Source: Bigelowiella natans CCMP2755 (lineage: Eukaryota > Protista > Cercozoa). From it: a stretch of 64,000 bases of DNA. The translations under genes and the position numbers were made by a program. The notes beneath the pieces are model-generated. The model was not told where the DNA came from. It saw only the letters and a program-made list of their open reading frames with translations, and searched no databases. The DNA is taken from contig ADNK01002058.1 of assembly GCA_000320545.1 (NCBI GenBank), forward strand, positions 1-64,000, written 5' to 3'. The stretch's first letter is position 1; the number at the start of each line of letters is the position of its first letter. Shown here piece by piece: positions 1 to 12,638 of the stretch.

Positions 1-42
<42 letters not shown>

Positions 43-147
43 GTGTGTATATAGGCACATCTGTGTGCTGCCTTGCTGCGTATGTGTATAGGGAGCGACT
101 CTAAGCAACAACACAGAGAGGATATCCATATCCACACAACACAGCAC

Positions 148-1109
148 CTGGCTTAACATGTCGCATCACGTAAACGTGGGCCTGGCTTGTTACACGGCAG
201 CACATCCTAAAAGCAAACGTGCATAAGAGAGGGGGAGAGAGAGATTTCCAAAACAGTATGATCGGCTATAAGATCCAATGCACGCACAGTCGCAGACCTC
301 ATGAAGTCGATCTCTCTTTTCGTTTTGAAAACGCGGCTTTCTGCCAGTACCTGAAGGCCGAGAGCAGAGGGAGGGAGGGAGGGAGGGAGAGAGAATGTGT
401 GTGTGTGTGTGTGTGTGTTCGTGTGTAGTACTTGACCTGCCGCTCTCCTTCCCCTGCTGGCCCCTTCTCCCCTTCAGTACCACTATCACAATACTACCGG
501 GTGCAATGCCTCATCGTCGTGCTTCACAGACATTTTCCCATCATTCTCTTTGTTGCAAAACAGCTTGGCCATATCGGGGATTAAAGCAGTGGTTAAGCCT
601 ATGGGAGTAGTAGCGGCAGGGCATTAGCACAAAGACGAGGTTGAGACGGCGAATCGAAATGTGTGTTTGTGCTTTGAAGATTATGAAAACCAGATCAACG
701 GTTGTATTCGTCTCCATTTTTAGCAAAGGGCATGCATTTGTTTGACACCTGAGTCGGTGTTGAGGCCTTTCAGCGTGTACACAGTCGCTGCGCTGCGGTC
801 TGCCATCTCTTTTTTTAAATCCTCCACGTACACAGTCTTTGACACACCATACCTGACGACGAAGTCGAATTAAAAAATAATAGCAATGAGAGATTATTTG
901 AATGATGCTTCTGGAGCTCTTAATGGTGTTGGTGGAGAGGCTTGCCTATGATACCTTTTGGTGTAGTAATCGAGTGTGCGTGGGGGGCCATTCCATCGAA
1001 AGACCTCCTCAGGCAGCTTTGGCACAAACAGAACACTTTCGCCCGTCTCCAGGAATATAGCTCCTGATATCATCAAATAGAATTATTCGTCGAACAGGGA
1101 GGGTAGATT

Positions 1110-1151
<42 letters not shown>

Positions 1152-1711
1152 GGGGTAAAAGATGCAGAGAGAGGTAGAGGAAGGGAAAGGGGGGAGGGGG
1201 GGGGGTATATTTCAATTAATCCTTATGCAAAGGATGCAGAGTAGTCTAGTTTCCTCCCCATCCTTCCTCTTCGTCTCCCCCCTCGTCACAAACCGTAGCA
1301 ATCGGGTTCGTTCAATCGAAAGAGGTACTGAAAGTATGATTCCTGGCGGAAGGGGGCGATTTCTGTATCCGTGTCGTAGTAATTCGAGTCCTGAAGAAAT
1401 CATATAAACGCAGCATATCGCGCCGATCAAGCTGGATATGAAGAACAAGATAAGGATTTACATGTCACCATCTAGCAGAGTGCGTGTTTAATTAAAAGTC
1501 GTCAATTCTTGCCGTACCATGCTCGTGCCTCCTTTCAACAAGACGACCCCGCCTGTGAAGAAACCAACATACCCTCAAACCAGTGTATGGACTAGCACTT
1601 TTACATCTATGTCATTGTCGTCACTAAAGCACCTTTAGATGCTAGCTTTTGACTCTTAGCCGCCCTTTTCAAGAATGTTGCTCGAATCTTTCGGAACACG
1701 CGAGAAAGCAT
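148..1711 (-). CDS. PEPD: Xaa-Pro dipeptidase (prolidase, peptidase M24B), multi-exon; 3' part runs off the left edge
   Basis: Spliced exons read MLSRVFRKIRATF..., GGVVLLKGG, YYDTDTEIAPFRQESYFQYLFRLNEPDCYG, AIFLETGESVLFVPKLPEEVFRWNG, TLKGLNTDSG, VLAESRVFKTKREIDFMR, AHVYVMRHVKPG. These match prolidase N-terminal motifs; exons are GT-AG bounded. Confidence 0.9.
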
Positions 1712-2329
1712 TCAGTCCAGTGGAGTTGAAGGAGGACATAATATGCAAATACAACAGGTAGCTACCTCTTGAGCAAGTTCACGATGGACTTTCTCATCGT
1801 TCAGATACAGAAATTCCTACGTAAGTTCGAAGAAGACGTCACTCTATGGAATCGGCACATGAAAAGATATCTATCCCCCTGCCTCCCCCCGTCGATAAAG
1901 GGAAAACACACACTCCCACACACGCAGAAACATACTAGGTTTTGCATCATCTTAATTAACCTTCGAGAGTGGTGGTTCTGAAAGAAGGGTCTGCGGAAAG
2001 GACAGGAAAGGCGCTTTCGATTCGGATGGCGTGGGGTCGGACATTTTCTCTTCTAGCCAGTACCAGTACTGCACATTCTAGACCGATGGGAGCCGAAAAT
2101 CACCTGTGTTTTTCAGTAATTTAGAACTATTATGGATATCTTAGTGTCAATATTTAGACTTTCCGTCGATGACGTACAAAGCTTGAGCCTTAAAACTCGC
2201 ATGCCGTTCCTTTTCCCTCCGAGCAAAGCCATGTGGGTGCTCACGTGTGATGACTGCATCGTGCGCATCAGAGCTAAGTTCATGTGCATGTTCATGTTCA
2301 TCTGTTTCTCGATGATGCGGCTATTTCCA

Positions 2330-2870
2330 CGGTCAATGGCATCGTGCACACGAACTGAAGCATTCATCGCCCTGCCTAGCTGCTAGCCTGTTCTGGTGTT
2401 CTGTGCCTCCACACCAGCGAGCCCGAGCGCAGCTGGCGCATCGCAATCCTTGCATCCGTGTGTGCTGTGAACACTTCATGTTTGTGGTCTCTCCCCCCGA
2501 CAAATCCTTTTCAATGTTCCCATCAGCGACCACGTGAACTCTCACGACATGAAAGAGTGGCTCATCATGCAAAAGGAGAAGTGTGTGAAGAGCAGTGTGA
2601 GAAGTGTGGCGAGGGCCGCCCAACAAAGGCAATGATCCGCATCAGAAGCTGGTCTTCAGTGACCGATGAAGGTCCAAAGATTGCACTCTGTCAAATTGTC
2701 ACAAAATCCGGCGTCTCGTCCAGTCGCTTCATCGTGCCACGTGAGCGCAGCAGCAGCGCTGGCTAGCTGGAGTGCGCGGCGACTGGACGACGTGTGCGAA
2801 TGCATGATGGCCGGAATCTCGACAATGTTGTGTGCACATGTCACATCTTCATGCTCATCTTTGCATCTCA
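2330..2870. other. TpA-depleted, TG/CA-rich intergenic tract 1
   Basis: By-eye count: 3 TA in about 540 nt, all in CTAG; CpG is retained. Confidence 0.85.
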
Positions 2871-3291
2871 TTTATCCAAATGCGTCGTTGCACGCTACGG
2901 CTTCAAACCCTGCAAAGCAGTCAGCCAGGATCATCATCACGCCATCGCATCACACGTCTATTGACTAGCAGTCAAACATGCATGGATGCTGACTGTGAAA
3001 TTTTGCACGTACGTATATGATGAGTCATGTACATCATTATCTTAGTTCTGAGTGTTAGCTTGTACTAACCTGGTCCGCGGCGGAGCTGCAATGGTACAAT
3101 GTGCTACAACGTTTCGTAACGATGTAGCGCATGTGCTTGTTACAGTTACAGTTGTAGCGCAACACAAGGTAGCGGTTATAATGCTCAGGTTCTCAAGGAT
3201 AGCCATTTATTGTCAGGCGTACCAGCGTCTCACGATTATCATACGAACGACATGAAAGACTTTTATTCCAAAGATCCTCTTTCTATTCTCA

Positions 3292-5453
3292 TTATTTTAA
3301 TGTCGCCATAACATTATCTGCATTAATGAATGCGAACAACTTTCCTCTGTTCTCTTCCATTTTGTTGCGATCTAGCTCCCCTGGGTGCTGCTGTTCTTCT
3401 GAAAAGGACAACAATGATTCCGGCACACTTGCCGAAAAGCGTCGCCGTGAAGGAAAGAAGTAAGCAAGAATTGTGTCCCCTTCCTTTGTGCCACGGTATA
3501 AATCGGGAGTGAGACGTAACTTCCACCTTTCAATCCATTGCCTCGCTGATACCACGTCGTCTGATAGGTTCATCTTTACCTTCATCTTCCAATTCTCAAT
3601 CCATTGCTGTGCAGACTCCAATTGCGGTTTGGGTTGGTCGTCCGAATCAAGATCAAGGCGTTTCTTCCATGCATGTACCCATTTAGCTGCCGGTGGCCTT
3701 GCTGGACGGCGGTTAGGTGAGGGAGGACCTCGTTTCAGAATAACACCACGCCGTAATTGATTCTGTTTCAGAGGAAGGGGGGGGATTGAACCTTCCATAC
3801 CACCTAAATCAATGGCATCTAACTCAGCCAGCATCCAGCCGACTGCAGGCTCCAATTCCTTCATATCGGGGGGAAGCAGACCCCGGCTTTTGGGAGGCAG
3901 CACAGCCCTGTTAATTTGTGCAGCAGCAGTAGTAGTAGTAGCAATAATGTAAGCTTTGATATGATAGATCCAATGCATATTTCATTCGCTTACATACTAT
4001 ATATACTAAGTAATTTTCATTCACAACACACACGCACAAAAACACAAACGTCACCTAATCCTGTCCTCTCGAATTACGAGGCGCCTCCTATTCGGGAGGG
4101 CGTATTTTGCGCTAACACGAGGCCATTCCACCCGTTTTGACCCAGCAACATCAAACAAAACATAGCTATACAGCTTTGATTTGTGGTTGTAGAGGGGGAT
4201 TTCGGGAGCCGCTAAGGGGTGTGTGCCGCTGCCAAGCTGCAAGACTCTCCCCACCGCGAACTGGATAGGCGCCCGCCCTCGAAGGGGATCATCGATCTGT
4301 GGCAACAACTGTGGGATATACTCCACGACGATAGTGTCGCCATTTGGTTTGGCGTGGAGAAATTTGTCGGTGTGAAACCTATAGCCGAGGATGGTGGCCT
4401 TAGGTACCACCCCCAACGGCCTCCCCCTGTCCGTCGGGTTCAATAACACGACAGCTCCCCGCGGCACCAGGATTTCGTCTCCGGGATGAAGGATATACTC
4501 CTCATCGCCTAACATTTTGCAAGGTTTTTCCACTGTGCACCATAGTACCTGGTCGTTTCCGCGAACAAACGGGTCCATTGCATGAAAGCGGTGTGGCTTT
4601 AGCTTAGGGCGGACTAGCAGCCTGCCTTGATGGGGCTCAACCTGTTTTCAAAGTGATGAGATTGTTAGATCGATATTGTCCCCCCGGAGAGAAAGAATGT
4701 AAGAATTAATCTACACCCCCCCTCGTTTCTTTTCTATTCTACCTCCTCGAGGCACTCTAGCCCGCATGAAATGTTGGGAATGGTCCCCAGCACGTCCTTC
4801 TCTTCCAAAAACGCGACGATGTCTTCGCCCTGGCGAACAAAGTATTCCTTCTTCTCCATTCTCCTGTTGGCATATAGAACTATGTCGCCCACGCTGAGAC
4901 CTATCCCCGGAGGACGAGTCGTTGGGCCGATTTGCGAGACGTTCGCCTTCATCAAGCCGCCCATCGGCTCGATATCAGCAAAAGGGTCGTAGCGGGGGTC
5001 GGAAAGATTGCGCACAACTTCTTCAGTCTCAAACATCTCCTGAACACCTGTCACTAAAGCCCAATTCGCGCTCACGTTGAAGTTGGCAATTGGCTTGGGG
5101 AACGACTTTAAGCGTCGGCTGGAGCCTTGAGGTCGAATATAGCTATTTTCGAAACTTTCCCACTGGAGCTTTTTGTTCGTCGTCATACTCGTAGAATTCC
5201 TCTTCGCATCCCTTGAATCACTCTCGCTCTCTGCCTGGGCCTTGCTCCATCGAAGGATCCTTGGTGGATTGAAGTGGGGTGTTGGTGTACGCTGACTGCC
5301 GCTCTCAGGAGATGTGAAACGACGGTGTTTGCTACGAAATGAAAAAGACAAGCGCGAGGGGGGGACTAGCTTTGTAGGGATGGCAAAGATTGAGATGGGT
5401 GAAGAGGATAATAGAGCGGCAGCCTGGAGTATGAACGCCGATGCAGCAAACAT
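3292..5453 (-). CDS. Putative plastid-targeted protein with four tandem divergent GroES/Cpn10-like domains (3 exons: 5453-4743, 4641-4055, 3907-3292; 637 aa)
   Basis: Track ORFs 4734-5453, 4051-4578 and 3292-3978 join in frame through two GT-AG introns (711+587+616=1914 nt). The N-terminus is a hydrophobic signal (MFAASAFILQAAALL) plus an S/R/P-rich transit-like stretch. GroES-like patterns: SQIGP..LSVGDIVLY..FLEEKDVLGTI; VEPHQGRLLVRP..LHPGDEILV..TILGY; KPNGDTIVVE..GRVLQLGSG..YVLF..VIREDRIRAVL; LEPAVGWMLAE..GVILKRGP..KEGDTILA..FINADNVMATL. Confidence 0.75.
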
Positions 5454-5465
5454 TTCAACTGCAGT

Positions 5466-5512
<47 letters not shown>

Positions 5513-6115
5513 GGCTCTTTCTCTTTTCTTCTCCTTCTTCACCTCCTCCTTTCCCTTCTTGCTTTTCTCACTAGCAAGCCTCCTTCAGGCTATTGAGCTT
5601 TAGGGCCATTAGATTCAGGAAGAAGATGAAGCAGCCCCTATGATTCGCTCAGTGGAGGGATGAGGGATAAGGAGGGAATAGGGAACACGAAATCTACCGA
5701 ACAGCCCCAACTTATTCCTTCGTATTAGATGTTTTCGGGGTAAATTCTTGCCACACGTCCACAAGTCCTCTGACGACCACAAGCATCCAATGCGCCCCGT
5801 GAAAATCCGGGATTCGGCTCTAAGTCCCGGTATCAGAGTCTCCCGAGTTGTCGCAGAGGCTGAATCCCGCCACTTTGGAACTACTTCTCGCGGACACGTG
5901 TCATGCACCAGGAGCAAAATATAAGAGCAGGGTTTCTCTTACATCGCGACACGATTTAGGCGTCTGCGACAACCTGAGAAAGCAAAATTAAGCGAAAAAT
6001 CTCGGCATTTCATCCTTTTGACGGAATCCTTCGTCGTCTGCCGACGCGTATGGCATAGCTCGTTGGGAGCGTGGATCTATCGCGGGGGCCTCTGCTCGCA
6101 AGAGCCGCGACCCAA

Positions 6116-6781
6116 ATGTTGCAAGAAGACAGGGATGCTCCTGCTCACCTTCTCTTTGATGTTTCGCTACTGACGATGCTCGTTGTTTTGGTAAGAAGAT
6201 GTAGCCATTCACTTGCTGCTCCTACTTTATGTCCTCCCATCATTAGCGCCATCGCCCACAATTAAACCTTTTCAGACGTGGCTAGTACCATGCCTAACAA
6301 TGGCGGTCACATATCCTCTCGCTATCCAAGCCGGCCGTGTCCACAGGTATTGAGAATATTTATTTTAAGCTTACAGAATGCAAGGGCAAATTGAATGCTC
6401 ATTTCCAGCAAAATTATGATTCATTCAGCAACGATTTCTACATCTCCTCGTCTATTGACACTGGGATCGCGCAAAAAATCGGTTCTTTCGGTTTGACCGT
6501 AGGAGCCGAGGCTCTTTTCATCTGCATGGCGGTAATATCGAACGATTACGAAACACATCATACATGAAACGTTGGATGGTTCCTATCACTACCCCCCCCC
6601 ACATTGTCGTCGTCTGATAAAAAATTCCAATTTTGAAAATCAAATAACCCTAAGGTGAGATACTGTCTTGTATCGCGCCACCCTCGCAACACGAAAAGAG
6701 CTTTATATCTCAATAGAGTAGGCCTCCTTCTGGCTGTGTTGGTAGTTGTCTTTCTGCATCGAAAAAAATATTACACTAATC

Positions 6782-6830
<49 letters not shown>

Positions 6831-7246
6831 ATCTCTCTCTCTTTCTTTCTCTATCTTTTCACGCACTCTTTCTCACGCGCGTGCGCACACACAACACAAC
6901 ACACAAGCGCGCGCGCACGCACACACACACACACACACACCTTTTTTAGTAAATCTCTCATTGTAATTTTTTCCTGCTTCTGAGATAATTCTCTTCAATT
7001 CTCTTCACAATCGGGTTGTATTTCACAGGTCAATGTCGGCACTGTAGGCGTGGGAGTCTTCAACGTTTCTTACTCCCCTGTCATACATCAACTCTTCGCA
7101 TACACAGCGTGAGTGCAGCCAGCTTATATGTTCATGTACCGAAGAAGAGATCGGTCTGTTGTATGGTGTTGATTCGAATACTATCATGCTCAGGTTCATA
7201 TCTGTCACCGTATACATGGCAATACAGGTGCTGAGCCTTGAGAGCT

Positions 7247-7281
<35 letters not shown>

Positions 7282-7727
7282 TCAGAAGTAATAGAAAAAG
7301 AGAACAATGATCTTCATTGAGGCTTGCTGTCCATTTTGTAGCAAATACTATTCCAATGCAATATTAGTCGTATTAATAATGCCCATGGATATCGCACAAA
7401 TACAGGAAGAAAGCACACGCACACATAAATTAAAGATTATTTATTATGTATATGTTTGTAAATACGTCAGTCAGCATATTAATGAACACGAATAAAAAGG
7501 CATATACGAAGAGAAAGAGGGAGAGGGGGTTGGGGAGAGCATAAGAAGACGAAGCAGACTGTAATACTGTGTTTCCAAAATCGTTTGTGTTGATTGCATA
7601 CAGCTTATCGTCGATGTGAACCTGCGCTTAGACAAGGTTAACATGGTTCTAATTTAGTGCAGATTCGTAAATGCAGAAGCACAACGAAGACGGCGATCAC
7701 GATTACGTGTCGTCTGTGCCTGATGTT

Positions 7728-7785
<58 letters not shown>

Positions 7786-8690
7786 TAGTTGCTTTCTTTA
7801 TGTCCGTATTATATGTTTAATGTGACATCATATCAATCATCATCATTATCATCACGGTTTGTAGGATGATGGTTGGGAGCCAGTCTTATTCCGATTGAGA
7901 CGCACCATCTTCACCTCGGTACCACGAATCACCACCCTCATTTTCTCCCCATCTCACACTATCTTGCGCAAACATTACTCTCTTATCAACTAGGCGATAC
8001 AGTGAGCTGTTCTGATTCTCTCTCTCTCTCTCTCCCCTCTCATTTTCCTGCAATGATTGCTAGCTGATGTGCCCTTTTCCTCGTCGTTTGATGTAGGCAA
8101 GCGTATGCTGCTTAGGAATGGCTGCTACCAACTTCCATCCAAATCAAGCGGTATGCAGATATCTCCGCGGCGTCTCTCTGCGTACATCATTCGAAGCTAA
8201 GACAAGCGAACATCGCATCCAGAAAAACTATGCATATATTTTTTAACCGTTTAAAGACTAAATATAAACGTTCATTTTATCTGTAATCAACAACATCTCC
8301 TCAGATTCCAGCAGCTTTCGAGTGTGCCTTAATGATTCAGGTTTCCTCACATTGCAACACTCAACATGAAATCACCCACATATACGAGGGTGGTGAAATC
8401 CGTTCCAAGATAGGCTTTTTGCCGAAATAAGCAGTGTTTTTGCTAAATAGCGATGCTATAAACGTGACCTTCAGGTGTTCTTCTACTTCGCATTGTGGCA
8501 CGGTTTGGTGCTGCGTTATTCACACTTGATCATAAGCTCTCCGACGCTGATGACCCATTTCACTAACTTTGCGGCGGCAACGGGAAGGGACTCCCCACAC
8601 GTTGATGATGCTCACACGCATCTGCTTTATGCAAACCAAACCGTAAAAATACCCATCCAGCTACCGAACAAGGCTTTATCACGCTCATAA
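6116..8690 (+). CDS. Frag1/DRAM/Sfk1 (TMEM150-like) multi-pass membrane protein, about 10 exons
   Basis: Exons TWLVPCLTMAVTYPLAIQAGRV, DFYISSSIDTGIAQKIGSFGLT, VRYCLV..LYLNRVGLLLAVL, VGTVGVGVFNVSYSPVIHQLFAYTA, FISVTVYMAIQ, IPAAFECALMIQVFFYFALW follow the DRAM YIS/VRY/LN/H/E pattern. The 3' end is uncertain. Confidence 0.75.
7730..7780. repeat. (GA)n microsatellite in a DRAM intron; representative of dozens of intronic SSRs
   Basis: Uninterrupted AG run. Similar (GA)n, (GT)n, (TA)n, (AGT)n, (CAT)n and (GGA)n runs occur in most introns, e.g. 1117-1148, 10442-10475, 33049-33098, 34677-34734, 44671-44705. Confidence 0.95.
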
Positions 8691-9411
8691 CGTGATTCTA
8701 GCTCCTTCGTCACTAGTATGCACGTCTTTTTTTTGGATTACGGTGATCATGAACAGGGTGTGAGTCGTCCGATTGGGTTGAAGTCCATTACATGCTATGC
8801 ATGTGAATACAGGCAGTCTTTGCGGCATTAATATGTGTGAACGAATCTGTTGTAAAAATAGAAAAATAGAGATACTTGGTAACACTTCACTAATGTTTGT
8901 GTCACTTTGAATTGACAGATAATAATACATTGAAGAATCATGTGCGTTGTTTATTGCGATTGTATGTAGCGCCCAATTAGCCATAGCAGCTGCTGTGAGA
9001 GTCTTTGCAATTTGCAGATACAGAGTCATTACACTATGCTAGTGTGTATGTGACTAGATGCTACACACCTTAGCTTTGTGCAGGCTGGCACTATGCTATA
9101 ACACATTAATATACTGTGAATATTTGTAGATTTATTTTTATAGTGCACGCGCACATGCGCACATGCTATACATGGAATACTCCTAGTACTGCCTGTAACT
9201 CTTAACGCATTACACATCTAAGACATCTGTCTGTCTGAGCAGTTGCTTGCATAGTAGCATCGGTATCTTTTTACATTCAATTAAAGCAACATCATGCATG
9301 GCGGAGATGGTACCCTAGCTGCAGTCTTCGTGTTACAGTCTAAACGTGCCGATTTCTAAGATTTTTTCATGCATTTTAATAATATACTGCGACAAACTTG
9401 CACGGCCAGAG

Positions 9412-9994
9412 TTATTCATTTTCATGATGCAATGGAGAATGCAATTGTCTCAGTTTTTCACGCGACTCCTTGCCGTACCACATCTTTGCAAAGCCCCTAA
9501 TAAGAACGACACAACATTTCTCAATCAATTTCATTTTTACAGTTTTTTTTTCTTTTGGAAAGATGCACTGGTATTAGCAGTGTTACTGGTAATCAATTGT
9601 CCCGTTTTTGTTGGCGAATTGCTTGAAAAGCGTCCGAATTTCCTTATCCGATTGATCGTCGTATTGTCTGGGAGGAGGGAGGAGGGAAGAGGGAGGAGGA
9701 TACAGCGTAATTTCAAATACAAAAAATGATATCTCCTATTGCTGCCTCTCTACTTTTTATCTTTTGTTCTTATTTACTTGGCACTCTTCACAATGTCCAG
9801 GATATCATCGACAGTGATGCGGTCTTTGTTCGGCTCGTGGCGCTGCATGTGGTGGAACGCTCTGTAGAGCCTTTCCTGGCGGGAGGAGATCTTCATGTCC
9901 GCGTAGGCCATCAACAGCTCTTGGTAGTTAATCTCGCCCTGTGAGGAAGTGAGGAAGCGATTCGATGTGAGAAGGACTCCCTCTCCACCTCTAC

Positions 9995-10036
<42 letters not shown>

Positions 10037-10436
10037 TCTCCCATCTCCCATCTCTTTCTCTAAATTCGTCGAAAGAAACTCGTTGCCCTCGTCTTCGCTC
10101 CTGCTCTGTGCCCCACACCACATCATCATCATCATCAACAACAACTTCAACAACAACATTTGCCGCCACCCTCCCCCCATCGCTGCAACCCACACGGCCG
10201 AATATGACGCTGACCTTATGGTCAATATCGATATGGTTAAACCATTCCTTAATGGTCTTGTCATCGTGCACCTATGATGTATTCGATGCTTAGAATCAAA
10301 GAAGAAGAAGAAGAAGAAGATGATGATGGTGATGATGATGATGAAACTACGCAAAGCTACTACACACTATTGGCTTGTGCTCAAACCACCAACAACCTAC
10401 TGCTATCGATGCGTGGGGAAGTATAGTATATAACTA

Positions 10437-10481
<45 letters not shown>

Positions 10482-12342
10482 GTATCCACGTACGTTGCAC
10501 TTGTGCAAAACTTTCTTCAATTCGTCGAGCGTAACATGGCCTAGGATGGGTGGCGAGACGCATGATGACAGCAACAAAGGCACCACAGGAAGGAAACTTG
10601 CTTCAGCTGCTACTTCAACTTTTAATCGTCACAAAGAACAGAAAAAAGCTAAGTCAATCTGCTGCTCCTCACCGTCTTTCTGACCGTCCATTTCGTCAAA
10701 TGCCTCATGCAGCTCTTTCTAAATACAGCAACAAAAACGACGACTAAAAACAACAGGGACGATGAAGGACTGCTATCTTGCCCCAAGAAGAGTCACACGC
10801 ATACACTCTTCATCACGCTGCTACTTTATGATTATCAAATGCTTTCTATAATTTGAACGTAGCATATCTGCAACACCTGCTCCTGTTTTGAGACGATCTT
10901 ACTAGCCAGGTTCTTCAAGACCACATCCTTCAATTTGCTGCGAAGAGAGGCCATAAAATAGGAAGGGGGGTGGGGGTATTCATCGACTGCGATATGGCAA
11001 CAACGGCAAGACTCTCTCTCTCTCCTTTACTTGTGGTGGTGAAACTCCTTGAGACTTTGAATTACAAGAGGACTTAATTTCTCATCTGGAGCATCTGTAA
11101 ACCTGACAAGAGGCATAATACACACATACGTGTAGTACACAACACACCTCAGAGATATTGCCTCCTCATTGCAAAGAAGTCCCAGATGACACTGAACAAA
11201 TGATAAGCTCACCACGCATGCTTAAGAGCCTCTTCAGCGGTCATTCTCTTCTCAGGATTTCTTTGGAGCAGTTCCGCGATAAGATTCCTCGCGCTCTCAC
11301 TGACATTCGCATCAGCATCAAACCACGGCCCCTCCCCCTTTTGGAGGACGGGAGAGAACCCTTTTACGATCAAGTCTTCGACCTCTCGCACCTTCTTTTG
11401 CGGGTCTCTTTTCCTTGAGCGGAATGGAAGGGTGCCGTACAGCACCGCAAACATGATCACGCCCATGCTCCACATGTCTGCCGGCGTGTTGTACCCAGCT
11501 TCGAACAGGATTTCTGGGGCCTTGTAGTAGTAAGTGCCGCACTGCCTGTGGTAGTATTCGTTGGGGGCCACGTGCTTCGCCATCCCGAAGTCAATGATCT
11601 TTATCTGCGAGTCCTCAGATTTATCCTTGAACAAGAAGTTGTCGGGTTTCAAATCGCAGTGGACGAATTCATTCTTGTGCATGTAGGCGACGGCGCTGAA
11701 GAGCTGGCGGAGAATTTTAGCAGCTTGCTTCTCACTATAACCATGACTATGCTCGATGAGCCTGTCATACAACTCGCCCCCTTCGCATAATTCCATCACA
11801 ATGCAGAGATTATCTGGGTCCTGAAAAGCAGCAGTTGTTGTGAAGCGTCAAGACTATGCAGAATATGCCCAGGAAGAAGTTAATATCATATAATGCATGT
11901 ACCTCAAAAACGTCGTAGTAGTTGATGATATTAGGATGATGCATCTGCGTTAACATACGGTCAGTTCACCACTTCCAATCCGAAACAATGGATACGTTTA
12001 AGAAGCACCTTACTCATGATAATAATCTCATTCCTAAAAGATTCGTAGTAGTACTTCGTGTGCCGCGCAGAACTGATTGGTTACATAAATCGTCTCTTAC
12101 GTCATAGATAATGCAATAACACGATATCATACTTAATCCATCCTCTCTGCATTGGTCTACCCACCTGCAAAACTTCGATTTATGAATATCTTTTATAGCA
12201 ACCTTCCCATACTTGTTATGGACAGCGACAAACGCTTCACCAAAGGCTCCTAGATGCGAGAGATCATGAGTCCGTAACATGTAAAAAGGGGCAATGCTTT
12301 GTGTTAAATACCATCGCATGCGTGCGCGCGCAGATACGCAAC

Positions 12343-12404
<62 letters not shown>

Positions 12405-12638
12405 AGAGAGACCTGGTTGGCCAATTCTCCGAACAATTTTATACTCTGACTTCTTTCCAACATGCCCTATTTCTCGAAGGAACTTTTCATCTCCTAAGAC
12501 CCAATTCGGAGGATAGCTTTGGGCTTCGTCATCCTGCTTCTTCTCTTCTCTCTTTTTCGGTTGCATCCAGCTATGATGCCTGAGTTTCTTACCCTGATTC
12601 TCATCTTTGGTGCTAGGGTGGCTGTGATGGTGTCCCAT
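9412..12638 (-). CDS. Calcium-dependent protein kinase (kinase + EF-hands)
   Basis: MG start (possible myristoylation), IGQPG|AFG, VAIK, MELCEGGELYD, VHCDLKPDNFLF, IIDFG, GTYYYKAPE, DMWSMGV. EF loops DGQKDGHVTLDE and DIDHKGEINYQE plus two degenerate EF-hands. Stop after ...LHHENE at 9412. Confidence 0.93.

Noticed and set aside
2458-2766. C/H-rich ORF as a real zinc-finger gene
   Set aside because: It lies in a TA-free tract where loss of TAA/TAG lengthens ORFs and TG/CA enrichment inflates Cys/His. Finger spacing is incomplete.
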